From positions 1 to 57,457 of the IMG/VR virus record IMGVR_UViG_3300032224_000443: a stretch of 57,457 nt of DNA, one strand, 5' to 3'. The notes beneath the pieces were generated by a model that was not told the DNA's origin, did not search any database, and worked only from the letters and a program-made list of their open reading frames with translations. Source of the DNA: a virus. Lineage: Duplodnaviria > Caudoviricetes. Shown piece after piece: positions 37,728 to 46,609 of this stretch. A program made the position numbers and the translations under genes. How positions within the stretch are numbered: the first letter of the stretch is position 1; each line of letters opens with the position of its first letter.

Positions 37728-40700
37728 ATGGCGCTGATATTTTATAGTCAAAAGAATACTGGAAATGGTTCTAATACAGAATTTACATTAACTCAATCAG
37801 TAACACAAGCTAATAATTTATTAGTTTCTGTTAATGGATTGTTACAAGTACCTGTTGCAGATTATTATATTAGCGGTAGTAAAATTTACTTTGCATCTGC
37901 TCCTTTAAATACAGCAGATATTGAAATTCGTTATATTGTTTCTGACGGTTATGATGGCTCTGTAGGATTTCAAGGATCGGCTGGTTATCTAGGATCTGTT
38001 GGTTATTATGGTTCTGCAGGAACTGTAGGATATCAAGGATCTTCTGGTTATTTTGGTTCTGTTGGTTATTCTGGTTCTAAAGGTGCTGACGGTGAACCTG
38101 GTGGTAGTACTGGTTATACAGGCTCTGTTGGTTCATTAGGTTATACTGGTTCTGCTGGTTTTTCAGGATCATCTGGCGGCATAGGTAAACCTTCTAGAAT
38201 ATCAATTTATACAGGAAATGGCAGTAATACACAATTCACATTAGCAGAAACAGTTGCTAATACTAATCATATTTTTGTTATCAATAACGGACTTATGGAA
38301 ACACCTGATATTGATTATATTGTATCAGGTACAACTATAACATTTACGACAGCTCCTGTCAATACTTCTGTTATAGAAGTTAGATATTTTGATGCTATAC
38401 AAGGTTCTCCAGGTTATTTTGGATCATTGGGTTATACCGGATCTGCAGGTTATTTTGGATCATTAGGATACAAAGGTTCTGAAGGTTACAGGGGTTCAGA
38501 AGGTTATCAGGGATCTGTGGGTTATCAAGGATCAAAAGGCGATCCTGGTGGCGCTACAGGGTATTCGGGTTCATTGGGTTATACCGGATCTAGAGGTGCT
38601 GGGTATACTGGTTCTGTTGGTGAAGTTGGCCGTCCGTATAAATTTTCAAGATACACTGCTGATGGTAATCAAACAACATTTTCTTTATTGGATCAGACTG
38701 CTAATTCTGCTCATATTTTTGTTACTGTTAATGGCATCTTAGATACACCAGATGTTGATTATTATGCAGCCGGAACAACATTAACTTTTAATTATGTACC
38801 AAAATTAAATTCAGAAATTGAAATAAGATACTTTGGTATTACTCAGGGTGATGTTGGTTATAGAGGATCTGAAGGTTACAGAGGATCTCAAGGAGCCACT
38901 GGTTTTACTGGTTCTATTGGTGATACTGGCTACAAAGGATCTCAAGGCGCAACTGGTTATACTGGATCTCTTGGAGCAACTGGATATAGAGGATCTACCG
39001 GTATTACAGGTTATGTTGGATCTCAAGGAGCCACTGGTTTTACGGGTTCAATAGGTTATACTGGTTCACAAGGTTATACCGGATCTAGAGGCGACACGGG
39101 TTATATTGGTTCAAAGGGCGATACAGGATATACTGGTTCGCAGGGTTATGTTGGTTCACAGGGTTATACTGGTTCTGTAGGATATGTGGGATCAAAAGGA
39201 GATCTAGGATACGCAGGATCGCAAGGACCCCAGGGTAATTTTGGTGGTGCAGCATTTGATTACAAATTCAATACTTCTACTGATGCTACAGATCCTGGTG
39301 CAGGTTATATAAGATTCAGTAATACTAATTTTTCTACTGCTACACATTTATATATCAGTGAAAATGATAAGTATTACACATCAGCATATGCGTTCTTACA
39401 AACTATTGATGACTCCACTTCAGCAATTAAAGGTCAATTTAAATTAACTGAATTAGCTAACGCAGATAATTTTGCGATATTTAATATAGTTGGTTATCAT
39501 ACATATACTCCTAATTTCTTTGATGTTCCTGTATCTTTTATTTCAGGTACAACTTTTTTTATTAATAATTCAAATATTGTTGCTACATTTGCTAGAACTG
39601 GTGATATCGGTGACAAAGGTTATACTGGTTCGCAAGGTTATACAGGATCATTTGGTGATACTGGTTATATTGGATCCAAAGGTGATTTAGGATACACTGG
39701 TTCTAAAGGTGATATTGGATACACTGGTTCATATGGATACACCGGATCTTTTGGATATACAGGATCTTTTGGTTATACCGGATCACAAGGTGATACTGGT
39801 TATGTGGGATCTCAGGGTGATCAAGGAATTAGGGGTGATACAGGTCCAACAGGATATGCTGGTTCTAAAGGTGATTTGGGTTATACTGGTTCTAAAGGTG
39901 ACATTGGTTATACAGGATCTTTTGGTTATACTGGATCACAAGGTGATACTGGTTATGTGGGATCTACCGGATACACTGGATCTTTTGGTTATACTGGTTC
40001 TAAAGGTGATCTCGGATACACTGGATCTACCGGATACACTGGATCTTTTGGTTATACGGGTTCTAAAGGTGACATTGGGTTTACTGGATCTTATGGTGAT
40101 CTTGGTTATACGGGTTCTATTGGATATACAGGATCTAAAGGCGATACTGGCTACGTGGGATCTTTTGGTTATACTGGATCTTTTGGATATACAGGATCTT
40201 TTGGTTATACCGGATCACAAGGTGATACTGGTTATGTGGGATCTAGAGGCGATGCGGGTTATACAGGATCGTTAGGCAATACCGGTTATGCAGGTTCACA
40301 GGGCGTACAGGGTGAACAGGGCAATATTGGTCCATTGGGATATGTGGGCTCTAAAGGTAATACAGGTTATACAGGATCATTTGGTGATACTGGTTATATT
40401 GGATCCAAAGGTGATTTAGGATACACTGGTTCTTTAGGTAACTCTGGTTATACCGGATCTTACGGAGATTTAGGATTTTCCGGATCACAAGGTCCAATTG
40501 GTTATACTGGATCTTATGGAGATCTTGGATATTCTGGATCTCAAGGTGTTATTGGTTATACTGGATCTTTAGGCAATATTGGTTATACTGGTTCATTAGG
40601 TAATATTGGTTATACTGGTTCTATCGGATACGCCGGATCTCAAGGTGTTATTGGTTATACGGGTTCTTATGGTGATTTAGGATATACAGGATCTATTGGT

Positions 40701-43355
40701 TATACTGGTTCTACAGGAGCAGGTTATACTGGATCTAGAGGTGCAGAAGGTACACCAGGTTCATTTGGTGGTACTACTTATCTATATTTCATAAGCGCTA
40801 ATACAACAAATGCTAATCCAGGTACAGGTACTTTAAGATTTAGCAATACAAGTCTAAGTAATTCATCATTTTTATACATCAATAAAAATGCACTAGATTT
40901 AACATATGTATTCAATACATTATTAATTATCGATAGTTCAACGTCCGGCATTAAAGGACACTTTAAGATATCAGCATCTGGCAATAATTTCAATTATGCC
41001 ACATTTATGATAATCGATTCAATAGTAGATAATGGTTCTTATGCTGCTGTTCCTATATCTTTCCTTTCAGGTGATGCTGGAACTGCCACGGCCATTGCTG
41101 ATAATACTCTTACTGCATTAACATTAGCAAGACAAGGTGATCAGGGTGCTGCTGGTTATGCTGGTTCTGTTGGTTCTCAAGGTCCTACTGGTAGCGGTTA
41201 TGATGGTTCTATAGGTTATACCGGATCTAGAGGTGTCACTGGATATGTCGGATCTAGAGGTGATCTTGGTTATTCTGGTTCATTGGGTTATACTGGTTCT
41301 ATAGGTTATACCGGATCACAAGGTGATACTGGTTATGCAGGATCTTTGGGTTATACAGGATCTGATGGTTACACAGGATCTACTGGTGCTGGTTATGTAG
41401 GTTCTCAAGGTAATTTGGGTTATACTGGATCTACAGGTGCAGGCTATACTGGATCGCAAGGCGACACTGGTTATGTGGGCTCTCAAGGTGATTTGGGTTA
41501 TACTGGATCTACCGGCGCAGGTTATGATGGTTCAACTGGTTATGATGGATCAAGAGGCGCTTTAGGATATACTGGTTCTAGAGGTGTTGGTTATACTGGT
41601 TCTTCTGCCACAGGTTATGCTGGATCTCAAGGCGACATTGGATATACTGGATCACAAGGTGCTGGTTACGATGGATCTTTAGGTTATACCGGATCTCAAG
41701 GAGATCTCGGATATACAGGATCTTCTGGTTATGTTGGATCACGAGGTATACAAGGTATACAAGGCGGATTTGGTGGTGCTGCGTTTGAATATTATTATAG
41801 CAATAATACTATAAATGAAGATCCTACGGCAGGTTATGTTAGAATAAGTAATACGAATTTTACTGCTGCTTCCGCTAATACAATGTATATTGCATTCTCA
41901 GATGCATTATCTGCAAACGTATATAATTTCTTACAAACAATAGATGACTCTACTTCAGCAATTAAGGGTCATTTTACTATTACTGAAAAAGCTAACACAA
42001 ATAATTTCGCATTGTTTACGATTGTTGGCAATCATAGTCATTCAGGTAATTATTTTGAAGTGCCTGTTTCTTGGATTAGTGGATCTAATTCTTTCGTTGA
42101 CAATACAGATAGTATAGTAACTTTTGCTAGAACTGGTGATGTTGGTGATAGAGGTTATACCGGATCTCGAGGTTCTGATGGTGCAGCAGGTGGCGCATCA
42201 CAAATAATGATAATATCAGCTATTGATACTGTGGTTGCAGGAGCAGCTATTGGTATATCAATAGATAATGCTAATACAACTTATCCTGGCGGTGTGTTTA
42301 CATTATCACAAACACCGGTATTTTCTTTCACTGTGGAAAACAGATATTGGTCATACAACAGCAGCACATCAAAACTTGCTTATTCAACATATTATGGTGG
42401 CCGTCCAGTTTCAGGATATACTGGTTCAGCTGGTGCAGATGCACCAATTACCAGCAATGTATACATGCAAATAAGATTATCATCTGGTGCTGTGTTTAAT
42501 ACACAAGAAGGAGATTATATTAGCATTAATGGTACTAATATTCCAACACTACCTAGTTTAACAGGTAATACAGCATCATTTACAATTAATAGTTCAAATA
42601 TTACATCATCAGCATTTACGGCTAGTAGTTTATCAATTATATTTGGATTATCATATACTAGATTAGGTACGACAACAAGAATGTCAGGTTCTAATTCTAC
42701 TACATTAAATAATACTCAACCACAACTATTCAATGTAGGAAGTATTTCAGGTTCTTATACATCACCAATTCCATATTGGAGTTTAGCAGGAACATGGTCG
42801 TGGAATTTGAGTTCTATTACTGGATCTATTGTTTCTTCTACTGCAACATATTCTTATGATGGTGGAGCTCCTACATCGTTTACTACAAGTACTAGTACAT
42901 CAGGAACTGGTCCTAGTGTTGCTGATAGAACTAAAAATATTACATTGTCATATACAGCAACAGGTACTGGTGTAAATCCTTCTACTCAAACAGATATGGG
43001 TGTAACAAGAACTGCTACAATTACTGGAGCATCAAAATATTATCCTGCATTTTATGTTATTAACTCAAGTGGAAGTGCTCCATCGTTTGATCCTACAACA
43101 TACAGTAGAATTTCTAGTTCTACATTCTATGCAGGTCAACAAGTTACAACTTCTGGTACAGCTTCTAATTACTTGTGGGTTGCAACTCCTCAATCAGTAT
43201 CATGGGGAGCTAAAAAGTGGCAATTTACTGTCAGTGGATTTACTGCAGATGCAACTCCTGCTGTAACAACAACTCAGACAATATCTGGTGTTGCATATGA
43301 TGTATTTGGTTTCACTAATTATACCTCACCAACTGTTCTAACATCGGTAGCATAA
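37728..43355 (+). CDS. Giant collagen-like fibre protein (1875 aa)
   Basis: Three N-terminal GNG....F.L...V..NG....P..DY...IEIRY domains, long Gly-X-Y runs of G(Y/F)TGSx, three ~120-aa FGG...TIDDSTS.IKG.F...ARTGD domains, and a Ser/Thr-rich C-terminal domain. Confidence 0.85.
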   Translation: MALIFYSQKNTGNGSNTEFTLTQSVTQANNLLVSVNGLLQVPVADYYISGSKIYFASAPLNTADIEIRYIVSDGYDGSVGFQGSAGYLGSVGYYGSAGTVGYQGSSGYFGSVGYSGSKGADGEPGGSTGYTGSVGSLGYTGSAGFSGSSGGIGKPSRISIYTGNGSNTQFTLAETVANTNHIFVINNGLMETPDIDYIVSGTTITFTTAPVNTSVIEVRYFDAIQGSPGYFGSLGYTGSAGYFGSLGYKGSEGYRGSEGYQGSVGYQGSKGDPGGATGYSGSLGYTGSRGAGYTGSVGEVGRPYKFSRYTADGNQTTFSLLDQTANSAHIFVTVNGILDTPDVDYYAAGTTLTFNYVPKLNSEIEIRYFGITQGDVGYRGSEGYRGSQGATGFTGSIGDTGYKGSQGATGYTGSLGATGYRGSTGITGYVGSQGATGFTGSIGYTGSQGYTGSRGDTGYIGSKGDTGYTGSQGYVGSQGYTGSVGYVGSKGDLGYAGSQGPQGNFGGAAFDYKFNTSTDATDPGAGYIRFSNTNFSTATHLYISENDKYYTSAYAFLQTIDDSTSAIKGQFKLTELANADNFAIFNIVGYHTYTPNFFDVPVSFISGTTFFINNSNIVATFARTGDIGDKGYTGSQGYTGSFGDTGYIGSKGDLGYTGSKGDIGYTGSYGYTGSFGYTGSFGYTGSQGDTGYVGSQGDQGIRGDTGPTGYAGSKGDLGYTGSKGDIGYTGSFGYTGSQGDTGYVGSTGYTGSFGYTGSKGDLGYTGSTGYTGSFGYTGSKGDIGFTGSYGDLGYTGSIGYTGSKGDTGYVGSFGYTGSFGYTGSFGYTGSQGDTGYVGSRGDAGYTGSLGNTGYAGSQGVQGEQGNIGPLGYVGSKGNTGYTGSFGDTGYIGSKGDLGYTGSLGNSGYTGSYGDLGFSGSQGPIGYTGSYGDLGYSGSQGVIGYTGSLGNIGYTGSLGNIGYTGSIGYAGSQGVIGYTGSYGDLGYTGSIGYTGSTGAGYTGSRGAEGTPGSFGGTTYLYFISANTTNANPGTGTLRFSNTSLSNSSFLYINKNALDLTYVFNTLLIIDSSTSGIKGHFKISASGNNFNYATFMIIDSIVDNGSYAAVPISFLSGDAGTATAIADNTLTALTLARQGDQGAAGYAGSVGSQGPTGSGYDGSIGYTGSRGVTGYVGSRGDLGYSGSLGYTGSIGYTGSQGDTGYAGSLGYTGSDGYTGSTGAGYVGSQGNLGYTGSTGAGYTGSQGDTGYVGSQGDLGYTGSTGAGYDGSTGYDGSRGALGYTGSRGVGYTGSSATGYAGSQGDIGYTGSQGAGYDGSLGYTGSQGDLGYTGSSGYVGSRGIQGIQGGFGGAAFEYYYSNNTINEDPTAGYVRISNTNFTAASANTMYIAFSDALSANVYNFLQTIDDSTSAIKGHFTITEKANTNNFALFTIVGNHSHSGNYFEVPVSWISGSNSFVDNTDSIVTFARTGDVGDRGYTGSRGSDGAAGGASQIMIISAIDTVVAGAAIGISIDNANTTYPGGVFTLSQTPVFSFTVENRYWSYNSSTSKLAYSTYYGGRPVSGYTGSAGADAPITSNVYMQIRLSSGAVFNTQEGDYISINGTNIPTLPSLTGNTASFTINSSNITSSAFTASSLSIIFGLSYTRLGTTTRMSGSNSTTLNNTQPQLFNVGSISGSYTSPIPYWSLAGTWSWNLSSITGSIVSSTATYSYDGGAPTSFTTSTSTSGTGPSVADRTKNITLSYTATGTGVNPSTQTDMGVTRTATITGASKYYPAFYVINSSGSAPSFDPTTYSRISSSTFYAGQQVTTSGTASNYLWVATPQSVSWGAKKWQFTVSGFTADATPAVTTTQTISGVAYDVFGFTNYTSPTVLTSVA
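39635..40433. repeat. Exact internal DNA repeats in the collagen-like region
   Basis: 39635-39704 = 40364-40433 (70 nt) and 39744-39812 = 40176-40244 (69 nt). Confidence 0.85.
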
Positions 43356-43359
43356 AAAC

Positions 43360-43620
43360 ATGTCAGCAATTGTACAGTTTCCAACGCCTACAACATTTAG
43401 AAACCTTGCAACTCCTACCGATAACACTGATGGAGCAACCAAAGCGTACGTCGATGGTGCTATTAGTGGTGGTTCTGCAACAGCAAATACGATCTTTGTA
43501 GGAAGTACTGCTCCAGCAAATGCAATTGCTGGTTACTATTGGTTGGATTCAGATTATGGAATATTGAGTATTAATTGTGGAGATGTTAGTAATACCGTTT
43601 GGATATCGGTGTCATATTAA
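43360..43620 (+). CDS. Small fibre/adaptor protein
   Basis: NLATPT...DGATKAYVD fibre motif and C-terminal GSTAP.....G.YWLD...W module. Confidence 0.7.
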   Translation: MSAIVQFPTPTTFRNLATPTDNTDGATKAYVDGAISGGSATANTIFVGSTAPANAIAGYYWLDSDYGILSINCGDVSNTVWISVSY

Positions 43621-43633
43621 TGAAAACCAAGTA

Positions 43634-43641
43634 TATAAATA
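43634..43641 (+). promoter_or_regulatory. T4 late promoter
   Basis: Intergenic TATAAATA 25 nt before ATG 43667. Confidence 0.75.
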
Positions 43642-43666
43642 TTAAAAAAATGGTGTATATTAAGAA

Positions 43667-44044
43667 ATGGCGTTGAATTTTCCACACACTCCTTCAATTG
43701 GTGATACTACATTTACAGGGGGTAGAACCTGGATGTGGGACGGTGCTCGTTGGAATCGTCAATCTATTACAGCAAATAATTTAATAATAACTGGCGCAGT
43801 AACAGCAAATAGTTCTAATGGTGTTGCTGGTCAATTATTAACTTCTAATGGTACTTCTGTTTTTTGGGCCAACACAAGATTAGATCGTCTTGAAGAAGTT
43901 GTTGCTAAAAATTTAGACAACAACACACCCGCTAATGGGTCTGTGTTGACTTATGTGGCAGATTTAAACAAATATTATGTTGTACCTTTAACTCTGGCAG
44001 ATACTGCATTATCCAATACTTCAATGGATGGTGGCAGTTTTTAA
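43667..44044 (+). CDS. Small fibre/adaptor protein
   Basis: N-terminal MALNFP..P..GD......TW.WDG..W, internal AN...G.AGQLL.SNG....W, C-terminal DGGSF. Confidence 0.75.
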   Translation: MALNFPHTPSIGDTTFTGGRTWMWDGARWNRQSITANNLIITGAVTANSSNGVAGQLLTSNGTSVFWANTRLDRLEEVVAKNLDNNTPANGSVLTYVADLNKYYVVPLTLADTALSNTSMDGGSF

Positions 44045-44048
44045 TTCT

Positions 44049-44056
44049 TATAAATA
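44049..44056 (+). promoter_or_regulatory. T4 late promoter
   Basis: Intergenic TATAAATA upstream of AAGGAG-ATG 44104. Confidence 0.75.
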
Positions 44057-44103
44057 CAAATAATAATAACAATAAAAGAATAAATCTTTAAAGGAGAGAA
44101 AAT

Positions 44104-45810
44104 ATGGTTGCGACATCACCCAATTTAATTCAAATCAAACGCGCACAGAATACAGCAGCACCAGGTTCACTAGCAAACGGTGAATTAGCTTGGTCAGCTT
44201 CTTCTAATGCGTTATTCATTGGTAACTATGGTATTGTAACACAAATTGCTAGTGGACAAACTCCAGGTGTTCTTACTGCAAATCAAGCACTTGTTGCTAA
44301 CTCAACTGGTTTTATCAATTCAGTTAAAGCTGGTAACGTTACTATTACTGGAATGCTTACTGCAAACGGAAGTTCTGGTTCTGCTGGACAGATGTTGTTT
44401 TCTGATGGTACTGGTAAAGCATACTGGAACTCACTTGATACATCAATTCCTGCAACATATGTTCAGAACACAGATTCTAGAACACTTTCTGGTAACTTAA
44501 CATTCTCTGGTTCTAAAACTATATTTACTGGTGCTAACGTTAACGTTACAACTGGCGTTATTTCTGGTAATGGTATGTATATTACTGGTGTAGATGCTAA
44601 TTTATTAAATGGTTCTAGTGCTGCTACAATTCTTTCTACAGCAAGTGGATATGCAGATACTGCTTTTGCTAATGCTTCAATTAAAGCTGATAATGCTTTT
44701 GCTAATGCTATTAGCCAATCTAAAACATATGTAGATGCACAGACATTTGATCTTTCAACAAGAACATCCGGCAATTATGTTGCTACTATTACAGCAGGTA
44801 ATGGTATTGATACTCTTTCTGCATCAAGTCATGGTAGCACACCTACTATTACAGTTAAAGCAGGTACTGGTGTTACTGTTAGTGGTTCTGGTGTTAGCAT
44901 TGGTCAATCAGTTGGCACTACTGATAACGTAACATTTAATGACGTTACTATTAATGGTAATACAGCATTAGGTTCAGATTCAACTGATAGAGTACACTTT
45001 AATGGTAAAGTAGATACTACCATACTTCCATCTGCTATCAATTCATATGATTTAGGTTCTGCTAGTTTAGCATGGAATACAGTATACGCAAAAGAAGTTT
45101 CCATTGGTAACGTACATCTAACTGGTACAAATGCAATTATAACTGTAGCTGGTGGATTGACTGTTAATACTAATCTTATTGCTAACGTTGCTACAATTTA
45201 TCATGATTTATATCTTGGTGGTGATCTACATATTACTGGTAACGCAGTTTACTCAAACGTTGAATCATACTCAGTTACTGATCCATTAATCCAATTAGGT
45301 TCTAATAATACACTTACTGACCTTATTGATATTGGTTTCTTTGGTAACTATGGTACAGACGGCAATGCTGCTCATCATAAGCACACAGGTTTCTTCCGTG
45401 ATTCTTCTGATGGTGTCTACAAGATTTTTTACAATCTTGATACTAACCCAGAACTTACTAACTATATTGATACTGGCGATGCATCATATAGACAAGGTAC
45501 ATTGCAAGCATGGTTGAATTCAGGAGCATTTGTTTCTAATGCAACCGGTGTATCAATTATTGGTACAAATACTTATAAAGTAGAAATTACTGCTAATACA
45601 ATCGCATCAAATACATTAACATTGAATGTAGCATTAGCTACTGGTTCTGGTGGTACTGGATACAATACATATAGTGCTGGTGATTTACTAACAGGTACTG
45701 GCGGTGGTTCACTTACTACATTAGGTATTGGAACACAAGGTCAAGTACTTCAAGTAGCAGCTGGCGGAACTTCACTAATTTATGGTGGATTAGACGGCGG
45801 TACATTCTAA
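44104..45810 (+). CDS. Tail fibre protein
   Basis: N-terminal IQIKR...P..L..GELA, YDLGS....W, V.DPLI.L......D..DIGF.G.Y....TG.FRD.SDG motifs, C-terminal LDGGTF; strong SD. Confidence 0.82.
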   Translation: MVATSPNLIQIKRAQNTAAPGSLANGELAWSASSNALFIGNYGIVTQIASGQTPGVLTANQALVANSTGFINSVKAGNVTITGMLTANGSSGSAGQMLFSDGTGKAYWNSLDTSIPATYVQNTDSRTLSGNLTFSGSKTIFTGANVNVTTGVISGNGMYITGVDANLLNGSSAATILSTASGYADTAFANASIKADNAFANAISQSKTYVDAQTFDLSTRTSGNYVATITAGNGIDTLSASSHGSTPTITVKAGTGVTVSGSGVSIGQSVGTTDNVTFNDVTINGNTALGSDSTDRVHFNGKVDTTILPSAINSYDLGSASLAWNTVYAKEVSIGNVHLTGTNAIITVAGGLTVNTNLIANVATIYHDLYLGGDLHITGNAVYSNVESYSVTDPLIQLGSNNTLTDLIDIGFFGNYGTDGNAAHHKHTGFFRDSSDGVYKIFYNLDTNPELTNYIDTGDASYRQGTLQAWLNSGAFVSNATGVSIIGTNTYKVEITANTIASNTLTLNVALATGSGGTGYNTYSAGDLLTGTGGGSLTTLGIGTQGQVLQVAAGGTSLIYGGLDGGTF

Positions 45811-45821
45811 AAAAATAATAG

Positions 45822-45850
45822 TTGATTCTATATAAGTATTTTGTTATTAT
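45822..45850 (+). promoter_or_regulatory. Possible sigma70-type promoter with a nested late-like box
   Basis: TTGATT 45822-45827, 17 nt, TG-n-TATTAT 45842-45850; TATAAGTA 45831-45838. Confidence 0.45.
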
Positions 45851-45874
45851 GGTGTTTTGAAAGGAATATATATA

Positions 45875-46150
45875 ATGAGTGGAGAAATTTTTAATATCTA
45901 TGTAGAAAAACTTATAAACTCAGTAACTGAGCTGACTAAAGCAAGTATATTACAGTCAGCTCAGTTAACATTTTATGAACGTTCAAACGAAGGGCTAAAT
46001 AAAAGAATACAAGAATTAGAAAAACAATTAGAAGAAACTTTAAATAAAGAACAATCTATTGTTGAATCTAATACCGTTAATGAAAATACTGATAATTCAA
46101 ATACTTTTCTTCAACGGGTAAAGAATAAAAAAGACGATTCGCAATTTTGA
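45875..46150 (+). CDS. Small coiled-coil hypothetical protein
   Basis: ATG 45875 after AAGGA; heptad-rich charged sequence unlike the neighbouring fibre genes. Confidence 0.7.
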   Translation: MSGEIFNIYVEKLINSVTELTKASILQSAQLTFYERSNEGLNKRIQELEKQLEETLNKEQSIVESNTVNENTDNSNTFLQRVKNKKDDSQF

Positions 46151-46182
46151 TACGGTATATACCGGATTTGTAAGAGGGCCAT

Positions 46183-46596
46183 ATGGCACAGGCTAATAAT
46201 TTAATTCAAATTAAACGTACCTCTGTATCTGGACGTGCAGCCACTACGACCACCCTCCCAAATCCAGGTGAATTAGCACTCAACATGGCCGATGGAATTT
46301 TATATTCCGGTAATGGTTCATTCATATTTGAGATTGGTGCTAATAATACAAACGTTAATGTTTCCGGAAATCTCACAACAAGAGCAATTATAACTGGCGG
46401 TTCCATAGGATCAAATGGTCAACATTTGTTATCTAATGGTTCTGCTTCTATGTGGCATACAACATTTACTAATAGCGATACGCCTCCTGCAAATCCTATA
46501 TATGGTGACATCTGGTATTATGTAACAGATAATAAACCCTATATGTGGGTTACAGATGGTGGCGGTAGTTTTTGGTATGATTTTCTTCCAGCATAA
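46183..46596 (+). CDS. Small fibre/adaptor protein
   Basis: N-terminal LIQIKR......P.PGELALN..DG.LY, G..GQ.L.SNG....W, C-terminal SDTPP.NP..GDIWY...Y.W..DG...W. Confidence 0.78.
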   Translation: MAQANNLIQIKRTSVSGRAATTTTLPNPGELALNMADGILYSGNGSFIFEIGANNTNVNVSGNLTTRAIITGGSIGSNGQHLLSNGSASMWHTTFTNSDTPPANPIYGDIWYYVTDNKPYMWVTDGGGSFWYDFLPA

Positions 46597-46609
46597 TAGG
46601 TAATAAAGA

